From: a virus | Length of the DNA stretch: 64,000 nucleotides | IMG/VR virus record: IMGVR_UViG_3300033074_002003 | Direction: 5' to 3' (one strand) | Shown here: piece after piece, positions 45,619 to 53,792 of the stretch | How the letters are laid out: every line of letters begins with the position of its first letter | Position numbering within the stretch: the stretch's first letter is position 1 | Translations under genes and position numbers: made by a program | The notes under the pieces: generated by a model | Database searches by the model: none | What the model saw: only the letters and a program-made list of their open reading frames with translations | Told to the model about the DNA's origin: nothing

Positions 45619-46314
45619 TCAGCCGTTCGCGGCCTTGTCCTCGTCCGACTCGTCGGTGATGTCGAGCTCCGTGACGCCGTCGTTGTAGTGCTCCACCTCG
45701 GACGAGAAGAGGTACACGGGGTGCTTCACGGTGGCGAGCTGCACGAAGATGCGGATGCGGTTCGCCCGGGTGACGGTGCCCACCTGGCCGATGAAGCGCG
45801 GGTTGCCGGACGCGGCGATGATCTTCACGCGGTCGCCCTCCTTGATGGGACAGGCCTTCGCGTTGCTCGAGGCGATGATGGTAGCGCGCTTCCGAGCGTC
45901 GAACGCGATGTGGGTCGCGAGGACGTTCATGTCACCCGTCGAGAGCGCGCGGGCGAGCTCGAGGAGCTCGACGACGGCGGCCGAGGGCGTCGGGAGGCCC
46001 TTGCCGTAGGCCTCGACCTTCGCGAGGTGGGCGTCGACCTTCTCCTTGGGAGCCTTCTTCTCGCGCTCCTTCTTGGGAGCCTTCTCCTTGCCCTTCTTCG
46101 CCTCCGCGGGCGCCTCGCCCTCGGCCGTCGTCTCGGTGTTGGTGTCGGGCTTGTCGTCTCCCGTCGCATCACCGTTCGTCTCGTTGTCGGGCTTCTCGTT
46201 CGACGCGTTCTCGAGGTTGGTGTCGACGACCTTGTCGTCCTTCGCCTCGGCGGTCGTGTCGGACGCGTTCTTGTTCTTGTTCTTGCCCGACTTCTTGTTC
46301 GCGGTGTTGCTCAT
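45619..46314 (-). CDS. protein with Lys/Glu/Asp-rich disordered N-terminal half and KOW-like C-terminal domain (KEGDRVKIIAASGNPRFIGQVGTVTR)
   Basis: KOW consensus GD.V.V..G...G..G.V; motif related to array-family core. Confidence 0.5.
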   Translation of the reverse strand: MSNTANKKSGKNKNKNASDTTAEAKDDKVVDTNLENASNEKPDNETNGDATGDDKPDTNTETTAEGEAPAEAKKGKEKAPKKEREKKAPKEKVDAHLAKVEAYGKGLPTPSAAVVELLELARALSTGDMNVLATHIAFDARKRATIIASSNAKACPIKEGDRVKIIAASGNPRFIGQVGTVTRANRIRIFVQLATVKHPVYLFSSEVEHYNDGVTELDITDESDEDKAANG

Positions 46315-46490
46315 GTTCGATCTCCTCCGGGCGACGCGGGCTCACTGCCCGCGCTCCCAATTGTTTGACACAGTACACTACACTGCTCACAGTTTACACG
46401 CTGCTCGGCAACTATTTGCCGATTGGTGCACACTGTGGGGACTTTTCCCACCCTCTTCCCGTACTATATCACGGTGATATGGTGGGAACA

Positions 46491-46796
46491 CTAGCGAGGC
46501 GGGGGACGTTCTACGCCAAACTCGGCGAGGAAGCGATCACGGGAGCACGTGAAGAGACCCGCGATGAAGCGGTTCCTCTCGTCCACGGGCAGCTGTGCAG
46601 CCCCTCGTTCGATGTCGGGACGCTGTTTGTACGCGAGCCTGATCACCTCGTTCACCTGGTCCCACGTGTAACCGTGGAAGCGCGCGGCGGACGACTCGAC
46701 TTCTGCCCGTCGTGCACGGTACTCCTCGTGCACTCGCTTGACACCGAGTGCCGCAAGGAACCCAAACCACACACGCGCGGTCGTAGAAATCCTCAT
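46491..46796 (-). CDS. hypothetical protein
   Basis: ORF track 101 aa. Confidence 0.4.
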   Translation of the reverse strand: MRISTTARVWFGFLAALGVKRVHEEYRARRAEVESSAARFHGYTWDQVNEVIRLAYKQRPDIERGAAQLPVDERNRFIAGLFTCSRDRFLAEFGVERPPPR

Positions 46797-46877
46797 ATAG
46801 AGCTACCTTACCACAGCCTGAGAACGCAAGCACGCGGGTGTGGAGAGGCCGTTAACCCCACACCCGCGTGCAACTTG

Positions 46878-47702
46878 TCACTCGCCGTCTTCGGGATCGG
46901 GCACGCCGTCCGTGAGGCAGTACTTCGAGTGCACGCCCGAGGCGGACATGCCGATGACCCACTCGCGGTCGCTCGGCCCGTATCGGTTCTTGTCGCACTC
47001 GATGATGCGCTCGCCGTACGTCTCCGACTTCTTCTTCTTGTCGATGTAGGCGTGGATGTGCACGTCGAGGGCGTGCTTGATGATGTTCTTGCCCGCGAAC
47101 GTGCCGTCCTTGGTGACCTGTCCGATGAGGATGCCCACGCCGTAGGTCGCCTTCACCCACCCGAGGAGCTGCTCCGCGACGCGGACCGGCGTGTTGCCGT
47201 TGGTCCCGCCGTTTGTGTAGAACCCATCGTCGAGCGCCTGGATGGAATCGCCGATGAACACGGGCTTCTTACCCTTGTTCGAGGGGAGACTCATCAGGTA
47301 CCGCATGTGTTCGAGCGCCTTCGGCATGAGTCGGTCGCGGCCGATGATGAACCCGTGCTTCAGCTTCAGGCGCTCCACGGTCATCTTCACCTGCTGCGCG
47401 CCCTCCTCGTTCGTGTTGTAGAGCACGAGGTAGCCTGCAGCCGTGAGGGCGTCGGCGATCTGCAACGAGATCGTCGTCTTGCCGCAGCCAGACGCACCCG
47501 AGATCAGGATGCCAGTGCCGGCGTTGAAGCCGAACCCGGCACCTGCGAGGTCGTCGATGAAGTCGATCCCCGTGCGGACCTTCACCCGCATCTCCGGCGG
47601 GACGTGGACCGCGAGGATGTTCGTGTTCCTCTTCACCTCGTCCTCGAGCTGGATGTTCATTCCACCAGCACCTGACAGCTTCGCGGGGGCAGCTTTCGCC
47701 AT
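46878..47702 (-). CDS. RecA-superfamily ATPase (RadA/Sms- or KaiC-like recombination/repair protein)
   Basis: Walker A GASGCGKTT, Walker B-like LVLYNTNEE; ATG MAKAAP with AGGAGG SD; N-terminal extension in ORF track rejected. Confidence 0.55.
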   Translation of the reverse strand: MAKAAPAKLSGAGGMNIQLEDEVKRNTNILAVHVPPEMRVKVRTGIDFIDDLAGAGFGFNAGTGILISGASGCGKTTISLQIADALTAAGYLVLYNTNEEGAQQVKMTVERLKLKHGFIIGRDRLMPKALEHMRYLMSLPSNKGKKPVFIGDSIQALDDGFYTNGGTNGNTPVRVAEQLLGWVKATYGVGILIGQVTKDGTFAGKNIIKHALDVHIHAYIDKKKKSETYGERIIECDKNRYGPSDREWVIGMSASGVHSKYCLTDGVPDPEDGE

Positions 47703-47846
47703 TGAATCCTCCTGGGCGGCACCTCGCCGCCATGACTCCGTTATACATCGACTCCCACACTCGGACACGCGATCGCGTCTGAAAGTGACTTTCAACCGGT
47801 GTAACCGCGAGTTCACAGTTGCGTCCCGCGTGACATCTCGGACGGG

Positions 47847-47858
47847 TGGATATAGAGT
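47847..47858 (+). promoter_or_regulatory. extended -10 TGGATATAGAGT, 6 nt before ATG of 47865 (leaderless)
   Basis: recurrent motif class. Confidence 0.4.
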
Positions 47859-47864
47859 CGGACC

Positions 47865-48383
47865 ATGACCAAACCCCACGACTCGAGGTATAGGAAGGTG
47901 CAGTTGGACCGCGGTCGCAAGGTCGTCGAGTGGTTCGGTGCCAAGTTCCAACCCACGGCAGGGACAGTCTTCCTCAAGGGAGACGAGGTCCAACTCTTGG
48001 ACGGCAGCAACGTCGACACCATCTACATCGGTCACTCGCGTGGGCCGACGCAGGTGGAGAAGTGGGCAAACACTGGGATCGTCGGGGGTGCACGCAACTG
48101 GGGGAAGACGGTGGACTCGTGGGCGAAGGTCGGGAAGCTGCCGACGCTCGAGGAAGCACGCACTCGCGAGGAGAAGGTGCGTGCGGTCACACACGTGCCG
48201 GTCGACAGCGTGAAGGTCCTCGAGGGGATCCTTGGCATGTTCCCCGTGCGCACGCTCGGGTCGGCAGTGCACGTCGAGTCCTGCCTCGACTCCGAGCTCC
48301 AGGCGCAGTTCGAGCGTGCACTGTCGCGCTCGTCCTTCAAACACCAGATGCTGGACGACGGTACGATGCTCGTCTGGAAATAA
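47865..48383 (+). CDS. hypothetical protein
   Basis: ORF track 172 aa; divergent from RecA-like gene. Confidence 0.5.
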   Translation: MTKPHDSRYRKVQLDRGRKVVEWFGAKFQPTAGTVFLKGDEVQLLDGSNVDTIYIGHSRGPTQVEKWANTGIVGGARNWGKTVDSWAKVGKLPTLEEARTREEKVRAVTHVPVDSVKVLEGILGMFPVRTLGSAVHVESCLDSELQAQFERALSRSSFKHQMLDDGTMLVWK

Positions 48384-48410
48384 GTCCGGTCGCGCGTGAA
48401 GCCACTGCCA

Positions 48411-48424
48411 CGGTGGTTTAGATT
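48411..48424 (+). promoter_or_regulatory. putative -10 GGTGGTTTAGATT with structured leader (hairpin GGCGG-TAATGCACT-CCGCC) and SD AAGGAGAGAGAAC
   Basis: upstream of 48476 gene. Confidence 0.3.
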
Positions 48425-48475
48425 GATGTTGTCAGGCGGTAATGCACTCCGCCGGAGAGACCAAGGAGAGAGAAC

Positions 48476-48775
48476 ATGGCCATCACGGACAAGCCCAAGT
48501 ACGGTTCGAAGAGCAGCCCCGATCCCGAGAAGCGCCACTTCTTCAAGTGGGCCGGCGAGAAGTCGGGCGAGGGCATCGGCACCTGCATGCACTGCGGCCT
48601 GCAGATGAAGTTCGAGGAGAACGGCGCGCGGGGCGGGAAGCACCGCGTGTACAAGAAGAAGGGCGAGCGCGCCTGGTCCGAGAAGGAGACCCAGTGCGTC
48701 GCCCGCTCGCGGTCGCTCGCCCTCGCGGCGAAGGAGCCGAAGCCCGCCAAGAAGGCGGCGAAGAAGGCCGCCTGA
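48476..48775 (+). CDS. small basic Cys/His protein (putative zinc-binding), paralog of 58764..59039
   Basis: shared H.FKW.....G.GIG.C.HC...LKF.ENG.RGGKHR.Y; Lys/Ala-rich tail. Confidence 0.55.
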   Translation: MAITDKPKYGSKSSPDPEKRHFFKWAGEKSGEGIGTCMHCGLQMKFEENGARGGKHRVYKKKGERAWSEKETQCVARSRSLALAAKEPKPAKKAAKKAA

Positions 48776-48830
48776 GACCTCGCGGAGACATCCTGAACAA
48801 CCCGTGCGGGTGACGTATAGTTATCCCCAC

Positions 48831-48915
48831 GGGTTGGATGCTCTAACGGTAGGGCAACGGGTTGTAGCCCCGTCAGACCTCCGGGTCTAAGCAGGTTCGA
48901 TTCCTGCCCAACTCA
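48831..48915 (+). tRNA. tRNA-Tyr (GTA), type II with long variable arm
   Basis: acceptor GGGTTGG/CCAACTC, anticodon loop TTGTAGC, variable stem AGACC/GGTCT, T-arm GCAGG-TTCGATT-CCTGC. Confidence 0.7.
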
Positions 48916-49036
48916 CAAAAAAAGCGGTGAACACCCGGGCTGTGCGCCATATACTATCTCTTGCGGGGTAGTGTACAGAGCACGTGCAGCCTCATAAGCT
49001 CACAGACCGAGGGGCAGCTCCCGGCGACCGCACCCA

Positions 49037-49681
49037 ATGTTGATTGTATGTGACGAGTGTGGAAAAGAATACCCTCCCAAAGGTATCGCCACACATAAAT
49101 GGCGAACTCACGGTGATGGAATTGGGTTCAAGCCAACGGGCAACAAGCGTGTGGTTTGGAATAAGGGCCTTACTAAAGACTCTGATATTCGTGTCGCTGT
49201 AGGAGCTGAAAAGCTTTCTGTCACGATGACACGACTCTGTCAAGAAGGCAAAATCAAACCACCATTGATGTCAGTAGAGCAACGACAAAAATTGTCTCAG
49301 CGGCAATCACTACATAACTCGGGCGGTAAATCACGATGGTATGAAGTCAGTGGACAAAAGGTGCAAGGACGCTGGGAACGTGATTTTGCACTAATGATGT
49401 TGAAGCTGGGCATCACATGGATCAAACCCAAGATCGGAAGAGATATTTGGCGCTACACTCGACTAGATGGCGTGATTAAATCATACACACCAGACTTCTT
49501 CTTAGAAGAACTCTCGTTGTTCATAGAGATCAAAGGTTTCTGGTGGGGTGCTGATCGCATAAAGATGAAGCTTGTTCAAGAACAATTTCCTGAACGTAAG
49601 ATAAAAATTATCGAGAGAGAGCTATATAATAAGCTCTTGCTTGCTGAAAGCAAATCTGATTTTCTTGGGATGTTAGCTTAG
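49037..49681 (+). CDS. AT-rich putative PD-(D/E)XK-type (homing) endonuclease with N-terminal Cys/His zinc-finger-like motif
   Basis: CDECGKEY...HKWRTHG; C-terminal PDFFLEELSLFIEIKG fits PD-x(n)-ExK; low GC versus flanks; 3-prime end overlaps tRNA-Phe. Confidence 0.45.
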   Translation: MLIVCDECGKEYPPKGIATHKWRTHGDGIGFKPTGNKRVVWNKGLTKDSDIRVAVGAEKLSVTMTRLCQEGKIKPPLMSVEQRQKLSQRQSLHNSGGKSRWYEVSGQKVQGRWERDFALMMLKLGITWIKPKIGRDIWRYTRLDGVIKSYTPDFFLEELSLFIEIKGFWWGADRIKMKLVQEQFPERKIKIIERELYNKLLLAESKSDFLGMLA

Positions 49682-49738
49682 ACGGTTAAGCGATCGGTTG
49701 AAACCCGGTAGTCAAGGATTCGAGCGCCTTACATCCCA
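49667..49738 (+). tRNA. tRNA-Phe (GAA)
   Basis: acceptor GGGATGT/ACATCCC, D-arm GCTT..AAGC, anticodon loop TTGAAAC. Confidence 0.8.
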
Positions 49739-49745
49739 CTAATTT

Positions 49746-49817
49746 CGCTGTGAGGTCGAGTGGTGAGACGTCCGCTTCATAAGCGGTAGGATGCGGGTTC
49801 GAGTCCCGCCACAGCGA
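49746..49817 (+). tRNA. tRNA-Met or Ile2 (CAT)
   Basis: acceptor CGCTGTG/CACAGCG, anticodon loop TTCATAA, T-arm GCGGG-TTCGAGT-CCCGC. Confidence 0.8.
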
Positions 49818-49832
49818 CGGTCCGAAAGATAC

Positions 49833-49912
49833 GCGCTCGTAGTCTAAAGGATAGGCAGCGGCTTCCTAAGCCGAGACGAAAGTCAATGTAGGTTCGAGTC
49901 CTACCGGGCGTG
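49833..49912 (+). tRNA. tRNA-like, candidate anticodon CCT (Arg) with 13-nt variable arm (GAC-GAAA-GTC)
   Basis: acceptor GCGCTCG/CGGGCGT (2 GU), T-arm GTAGG-TTCGAGT-CCTAC; D-arm weak. Confidence 0.4.
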
Positions 49913-49963
49913 CTGAGATTCGAGTGAGAGGAAGCTTCGAACCTCCCACTCGTTTTCTCTTAC

Positions 49964-50359
49964 GGGGGTGACAGGTTTCGACGGAGGAAAGGAGTCCCAC
50001 CTGCGAGCGAGCAGCAATCAGTGACGACTGCTCTGAAAGATGGCACTGACGCTTAAACGCGAACGATAACGGCACTTCTCTCGCCCTCGCGGCCTGAGCG
50101 TCCCCCGTAGCAAGAGATGAGCACTGTAGCTCTCGGGACGTCATCTACTGTGCATCTATGTGGGCGGCACCGGTCCGCTCTCAGAATTTCACGGTGTAGG
50201 AGCGTGCGGGTTTCGTTCCCCGGGCGCTCCGAAGTAGTGAGAACGAATGTGCGCCAGCAGAGGACTGTCGGACCGACGGTGATAGGTGAAATTCACATAC
50301 GCTCGTAGACGGTGAGATGAACTGACTTTCGGACGAGGGTTCGATTCCCTCCACCTCCA
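49964..50359 (+). ncRNA. ssrA: tmRNA (SsrA); tag ORF 50059..50097 encodes ANDNGTSLALAA
   Basis: 5-prime GGGGGTGACAGGTTTCGACGG, 3-prime GGACGAGGGTTCGATTCCCTCCACCTCCA with G3-U70 Ala identity pair; canonical AND...LAA tag. Confidence 0.85.
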
Positions 50360-50462
50360 CTGTAGTGAGCTCTGTGAGGAATGCAGAGAGCCCGTGACTA
50401 TCACGGTGCAACATGGTAAAGAGTTGTTAGGCGACGGTGAGTCGCGGTAACAAGGGAGCATC

Positions 50463-51668
50463 ATGGACATCCATACTTTCAAGCGTGTCGTCAAGTACCT
50501 CGAGCCGACCAAGACCTCGGACGGGAAGGTGATGAGGCCCCCGGCGATCATGATCACCGGCAGACACGGCATCGGGAAGAGCGGTGTCATGAGGCAGATC
50601 GCGGCGGAGGTCTGCGGGCTGCCCCTGATCGATAGGCGCATCGGGCAGATGTGCGAAGGCGACCTCGTGGGTCTCCAGAAGATCGACGGCGAGTTCACGA
50701 AGTTCCTCCCGGTCGAATTCATCCACCGCGCCTCCAAGGAACCGCACTTCCTCTTCTTCGACGAGGCGAACCGCGGCACGAAGGAAGTGATGCAGGTGAT
50801 GTTCCAGCTCGTCCTCGACTACGAGCTCAACGGCGTCGTGCTCCACCCCGATACCCGCATCGCCATCGCGGTGAACGAGGGGTCCCAGTACACGGTGACG
50901 CAGATGGACCCGGCCCTTCGCGACCGGTTCTTCTACGTGGAGCTCGAGCCCACGGTGGACGAGTGGATCGAGTGGGCGAAGGTGGAAGGCCTGCGCCCGG
51001 AGATCGTCTCCTACGTCACGCAGCATCCCGCGCACCTCGACACGCCCGCGGACACCAGGATCGCGGGTCGCACGCCCTCGCGCCGCGCGTGGCACATGTT
51101 CTCCGCTCCCCTCGATCGCATGATGATGCAGGACGGTTTCGCTGTCGAGAAGGACGAGTGCGTGTTCGAGCTCTTCTCGCTCGCGAGCGGGTTCCTGGGC
51201 GCCGCGGTGGCGGCCGACTTCAAGGAGTACGTGCTGGAGAACTGCAAGCGTCCCACCGCGGAAGACGTCCTGAACGACTGGCCCACCACCCGCGCCCGCC
51301 TCGCTCGCATGGGCGGCAACCCGTGGATGCACATCATCGACACCGTCTCAGACTGGGCGAAGAACGGCCGGATGACCGACGCACAGCGCGACATGTTCTG
51401 TGACATGTTCAACGAGGCGCCCGCCGAGTACCGCATGGCGCTCTGGCAGAAGATCGCGCAGATGCGCGTCGTCGAGGACGAGGGCACCCTGCACAACATC
51501 GTGCTCATCCACTCGAAAATCAAGCGGAAGCTCGTCGCCGCGATGATCGGCGAGGAGGAGGCGGAGAAGCGGTTCGCGGAGGACGAGGAGCGCTACCAGA
51601 AGTTCATGGCCGAGGAGGCCGCACGCGCCGCCGAGGCGGAGGGTGGCAATGTCGCTGCTGGAGCCTGA
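50463..51668 (+). CDS. MoxR-like AAA+ ATPase (AAA_5)
   Basis: Walker A ITGRHGIGKS, Walker B LFFDEANRG; SD AAGGGAG. Confidence 0.7.
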   Translation: MDIHTFKRVVKYLEPTKTSDGKVMRPPAIMITGRHGIGKSGVMRQIAAEVCGLPLIDRRIGQMCEGDLVGLQKIDGEFTKFLPVEFIHRASKEPHFLFFDEANRGTKEVMQVMFQLVLDYELNGVVLHPDTRIAIAVNEGSQYTVTQMDPALRDRFFYVELEPTVDEWIEWAKVEGLRPEIVSYVTQHPAHLDTPADTRIAGRTPSRRAWHMFSAPLDRMMMQDGFAVEKDECVFELFSLASGFLGAAVAADFKEYVLENCKRPTAEDVLNDWPTTRARLARMGGNPWMHIIDTVSDWAKNGRMTDAQRDMFCDMFNEAPAEYRMALWQKIAQMRVVEDEGTLHNIVLIHSKIKRKLVAAMIGEEEAEKRFAEDEERYQKFMAEEAARAAEAEGGNVAAGA

Positions 51669-53121
51669 CGTGTCACCCTCGAGCGAGGGTGATACTGTCG
51701 GGGGTATGAGCGACACCGACGACGGTGAGAAGAAGTGGTCGCCCCTCTCGAACGACGCCTTCTTCGTGAAGGGCAAGAAGATCGAGCCGGCTAACACCAC
51801 GCACGTGAGGCAGCGTCTCGACGATTACCTCGTGAAGCTGTACATCGACGAGCCCTTCTGGGCGCGGCTCTCCGCACACACCTCGAAGGTGATCACCCGT
51901 GCCATCCCGACTGCCGCTGCGACGTGGCACCAGGGCGGGTTCATCATGATGTTCAACCCCGATTTCATCGGTGGCCTCGACTCTGCCGGGAGGCGAGAAG
52001 AGGTCTACGGGGTGATCAAGCACGAGCTCTCGCACATCGGATTCGGCCACCTTGGTTCTCGGTACTACCCCGATGACATCGAGGAGCAGGTGAAGAAGAT
52101 GAACCCCGACGAGTACAGGGCGTTCGAGAGGAGGAAGAAGATCCTGCAGGCCGCGACGGACTCCGCGATCAACACCCTCCTCCTCGACGACGGGGAGATG
52201 AACGGCAAGAAGTGCGAGCTGCCTGGCGCGCCCTGGGTTCCCGGGCTCCGTCCCGGGACGCCGCTCGATCCCGTGAAGGACCCGCTGAACCCGCTCCAGG
52301 CGCTGAGGCTGGCTCTGCCTCCGTCCCCGTTCGACGAGGCCGTGATGGGTGCAGAGAAGCTCCAGTCGACGGACTACTACTACCAGCTCTATGACAAGTT
52401 CATTGCCGAGAGCGATGGCGAGGGCGGAGCCGGGACCGATTCCCACGACATGTGGGGGACGGGCTCGAAGCGGATGATCGAGGTCGAGGCGAGGCGCATC
52501 CTGAAGGACGCGGTGAAGGAGGGAGAGGGCCGCGGGTGGGGGACAGTCCCCATGAGGATGCGAACCATCCTCAGGCAGATGGTCTCCAACGAGGTGAACT
52601 GGCAGGACCGCCTGCGACAGTGGATCGGGATCAACGGCGACCCTGCGACACGCTTCAGGACCCGCAGGCGCGTCGACCGCAAGTACCCGGGTCTCTTCCC
52701 CGGCGTGAAGCGGCAGCGCGGCGTTCGCGTTGCGGTCGCGATCGATCAGAGCGCGTCTGTTCACGACGCGCTGCTCACCCGGCTCCTCGCCGTCATCGGT
52801 GGACTCTCAGAGGTCGCCACCGTCACCCTCATCCCCTTCGACACTGCGGTCGTCGAGGAGAGGATCGAGGCGCTCACTGTCGGGCAGCAGCCGTCGTTCG
52901 AGCGCGTCGCCTGCGGAGGGACGGACTTCGATTGCATCACCGGGTGGGTGAACATGCCGAAAAACGAGAACGTGTTCGATGTCCTCATCATCGCGACCGA
53001 CGGTGAAGCTGCACGCCCGCAGGCGTGTCGGATCCCGCGTGTCTGGGTCATCGGTCCGGGCTGCAAGCTCCACTTCGAAACCGACGAAGAGGTCATCCAG
53101 CTCAGCGACGAGACGGTGTAA
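51649..53121 (+). CDS. VWA-domain protein with N-terminal putative zincin-like domain (DUF2201-like), MoxR partner
   Basis: HELSHIGFGH (HExxH-like), MIDAS DQSAS in RVAVAIDQSASVHD. Confidence 0.6.
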   Translation: MSLLEPDVSPSSEGDTVGGMSDTDDGEKKWSPLSNDAFFVKGKKIEPANTTHVRQRLDDYLVKLYIDEPFWARLSAHTSKVITRAIPTAAATWHQGGFIMMFNPDFIGGLDSAGRREEVYGVIKHELSHIGFGHLGSRYYPDDIEEQVKKMNPDEYRAFERRKKILQAATDSAINTLLLDDGEMNGKKCELPGAPWVPGLRPGTPLDPVKDPLNPLQALRLALPPSPFDEAVMGAEKLQSTDYYYQLYDKFIAESDGEGGAGTDSHDMWGTGSKRMIEVEARRILKDAVKEGEGRGWGTVPMRMRTILRQMVSNEVNWQDRLRQWIGINGDPATRFRTRRRVDRKYPGLFPGVKRQRGVRVAVAIDQSASVHDALLTRLLAVIGGLSEVATVTLIPFDTAVVEERIEALTVGQQPSFERVACGGTDFDCITGWVNMPKNENVFDVLIIATDGEAARPQACRIPRVWVIGPGCKLHFETDEEVIQLSDETV

Positions 53122-53198
53122 CCCACACGGGACCGTGGTAGAGTCTCTCTAGTTGCCGCCGCCGAATTACCTGCGGCCGCTAACTCGGAGAGTGTCCC

Positions 53199-53753
53199 AT
53201 GGCCAAGCGTGTCGTCACGAGTCACCTTTCACCGATCGTCGCCGCTGCCGTCACCGACGGGCTGCAGGAGCTGAAGCGCTCCTCACACGTGATGGTGTGG
53301 GGAGTCCTGAAGCGGGTTGAGGCGTTCTGCAGCCGAGAGATCGCGAAGCTGCGTCCCTCCGTCGACGAGTGGGTTACGGGGGAGCTCGGGAAGCTCGATC
53401 CCGGCGAGTACGAGCGGGTGGTGAAGCTACCCAATAACCTGGTGGTGCACCTGCGCAACCGGAACGCGAAGGCGAAGGTCGTCCTCGAGGGACCCGCGAA
53501 GGCGCTCCTGCGCGCGAAGCGCGTGTCCCAGGAGTCCATCCTCACGGCGGTGTCGGAACCCGTGCGCGCCTTCGATCCGGAGAAGATCGAGGCGCTGGTC
53601 GCGATCGGGAAGGTCACGCGGGCCGAGGCAGACGCGGTGCTCGCTCCCGCGCCCGTCGCCCCCGAGCTGCACGTGAAGTCGTACCCGGGGCTCGAGGAAC
53701 ACATCGCGGTGTCGGTGATGGCGTTTGCCGAAGCCACCCGGCGCGGGCGGTAA
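53199..53753 (+). CDS. hypothetical protein
   Basis: ORF track 184 aa. Confidence 0.5.
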   Translation: MAKRVVTSHLSPIVAAAVTDGLQELKRSSHVMVWGVLKRVEAFCSREIAKLRPSVDEWVTGELGKLDPGEYERVVKLPNNLVVHLRNRNAKAKVVLEGPAKALLRAKRVSQESILTAVSEPVRAFDPEKIEALVAIGKVTRAEADAVLAPAPVAPELHVKSYPGLEEHIAVSVMAFAEATRRGR

Positions 53754-53775
53754 GCGCGTGAATCCTTGCCGCTCG

Positions 53776-53786
53776 TGGGATATAAC
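53776..53786 (+). promoter_or_regulatory. -10 element TGGGATATAAC, 6 nt before ATG 53793 (leaderless)
   Basis: motif class. Confidence 0.4.
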
Positions 53787-53792
53787 AGTCTC

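Noticed and set aside
45400-47675. Long plus-strand ORFs 45400..46368 and 46365..47675 and minus ORF 46878..48344 N-terminal extension
   Set aside because: Antisense or junk frames (poly-R/L/G/V runs) over real minus-strand genes. The RecA-like gene has a clear SD/ATG at 47702, so its upstream extension is spurious.
48965-49036. Possible tRNA-like anticodon loop CTCATAA between tRNA-Tyr and the 49037 ORF
   Set aside because: No T-arm (no GTTCRANYC) or acceptor pairing could be built on either strand. More likely promoter or leader sequence of the 49037 gene.
50181-51332. ORFs 50189..50779(-), 50181..50414(-), 50427..51332(-), 51673..52764(-) and 51011..51523(-)
   Set aside because: They overlap the tmRNA/tRNA genes or are antisense to the MoxR/VWA genes and have junk composition.
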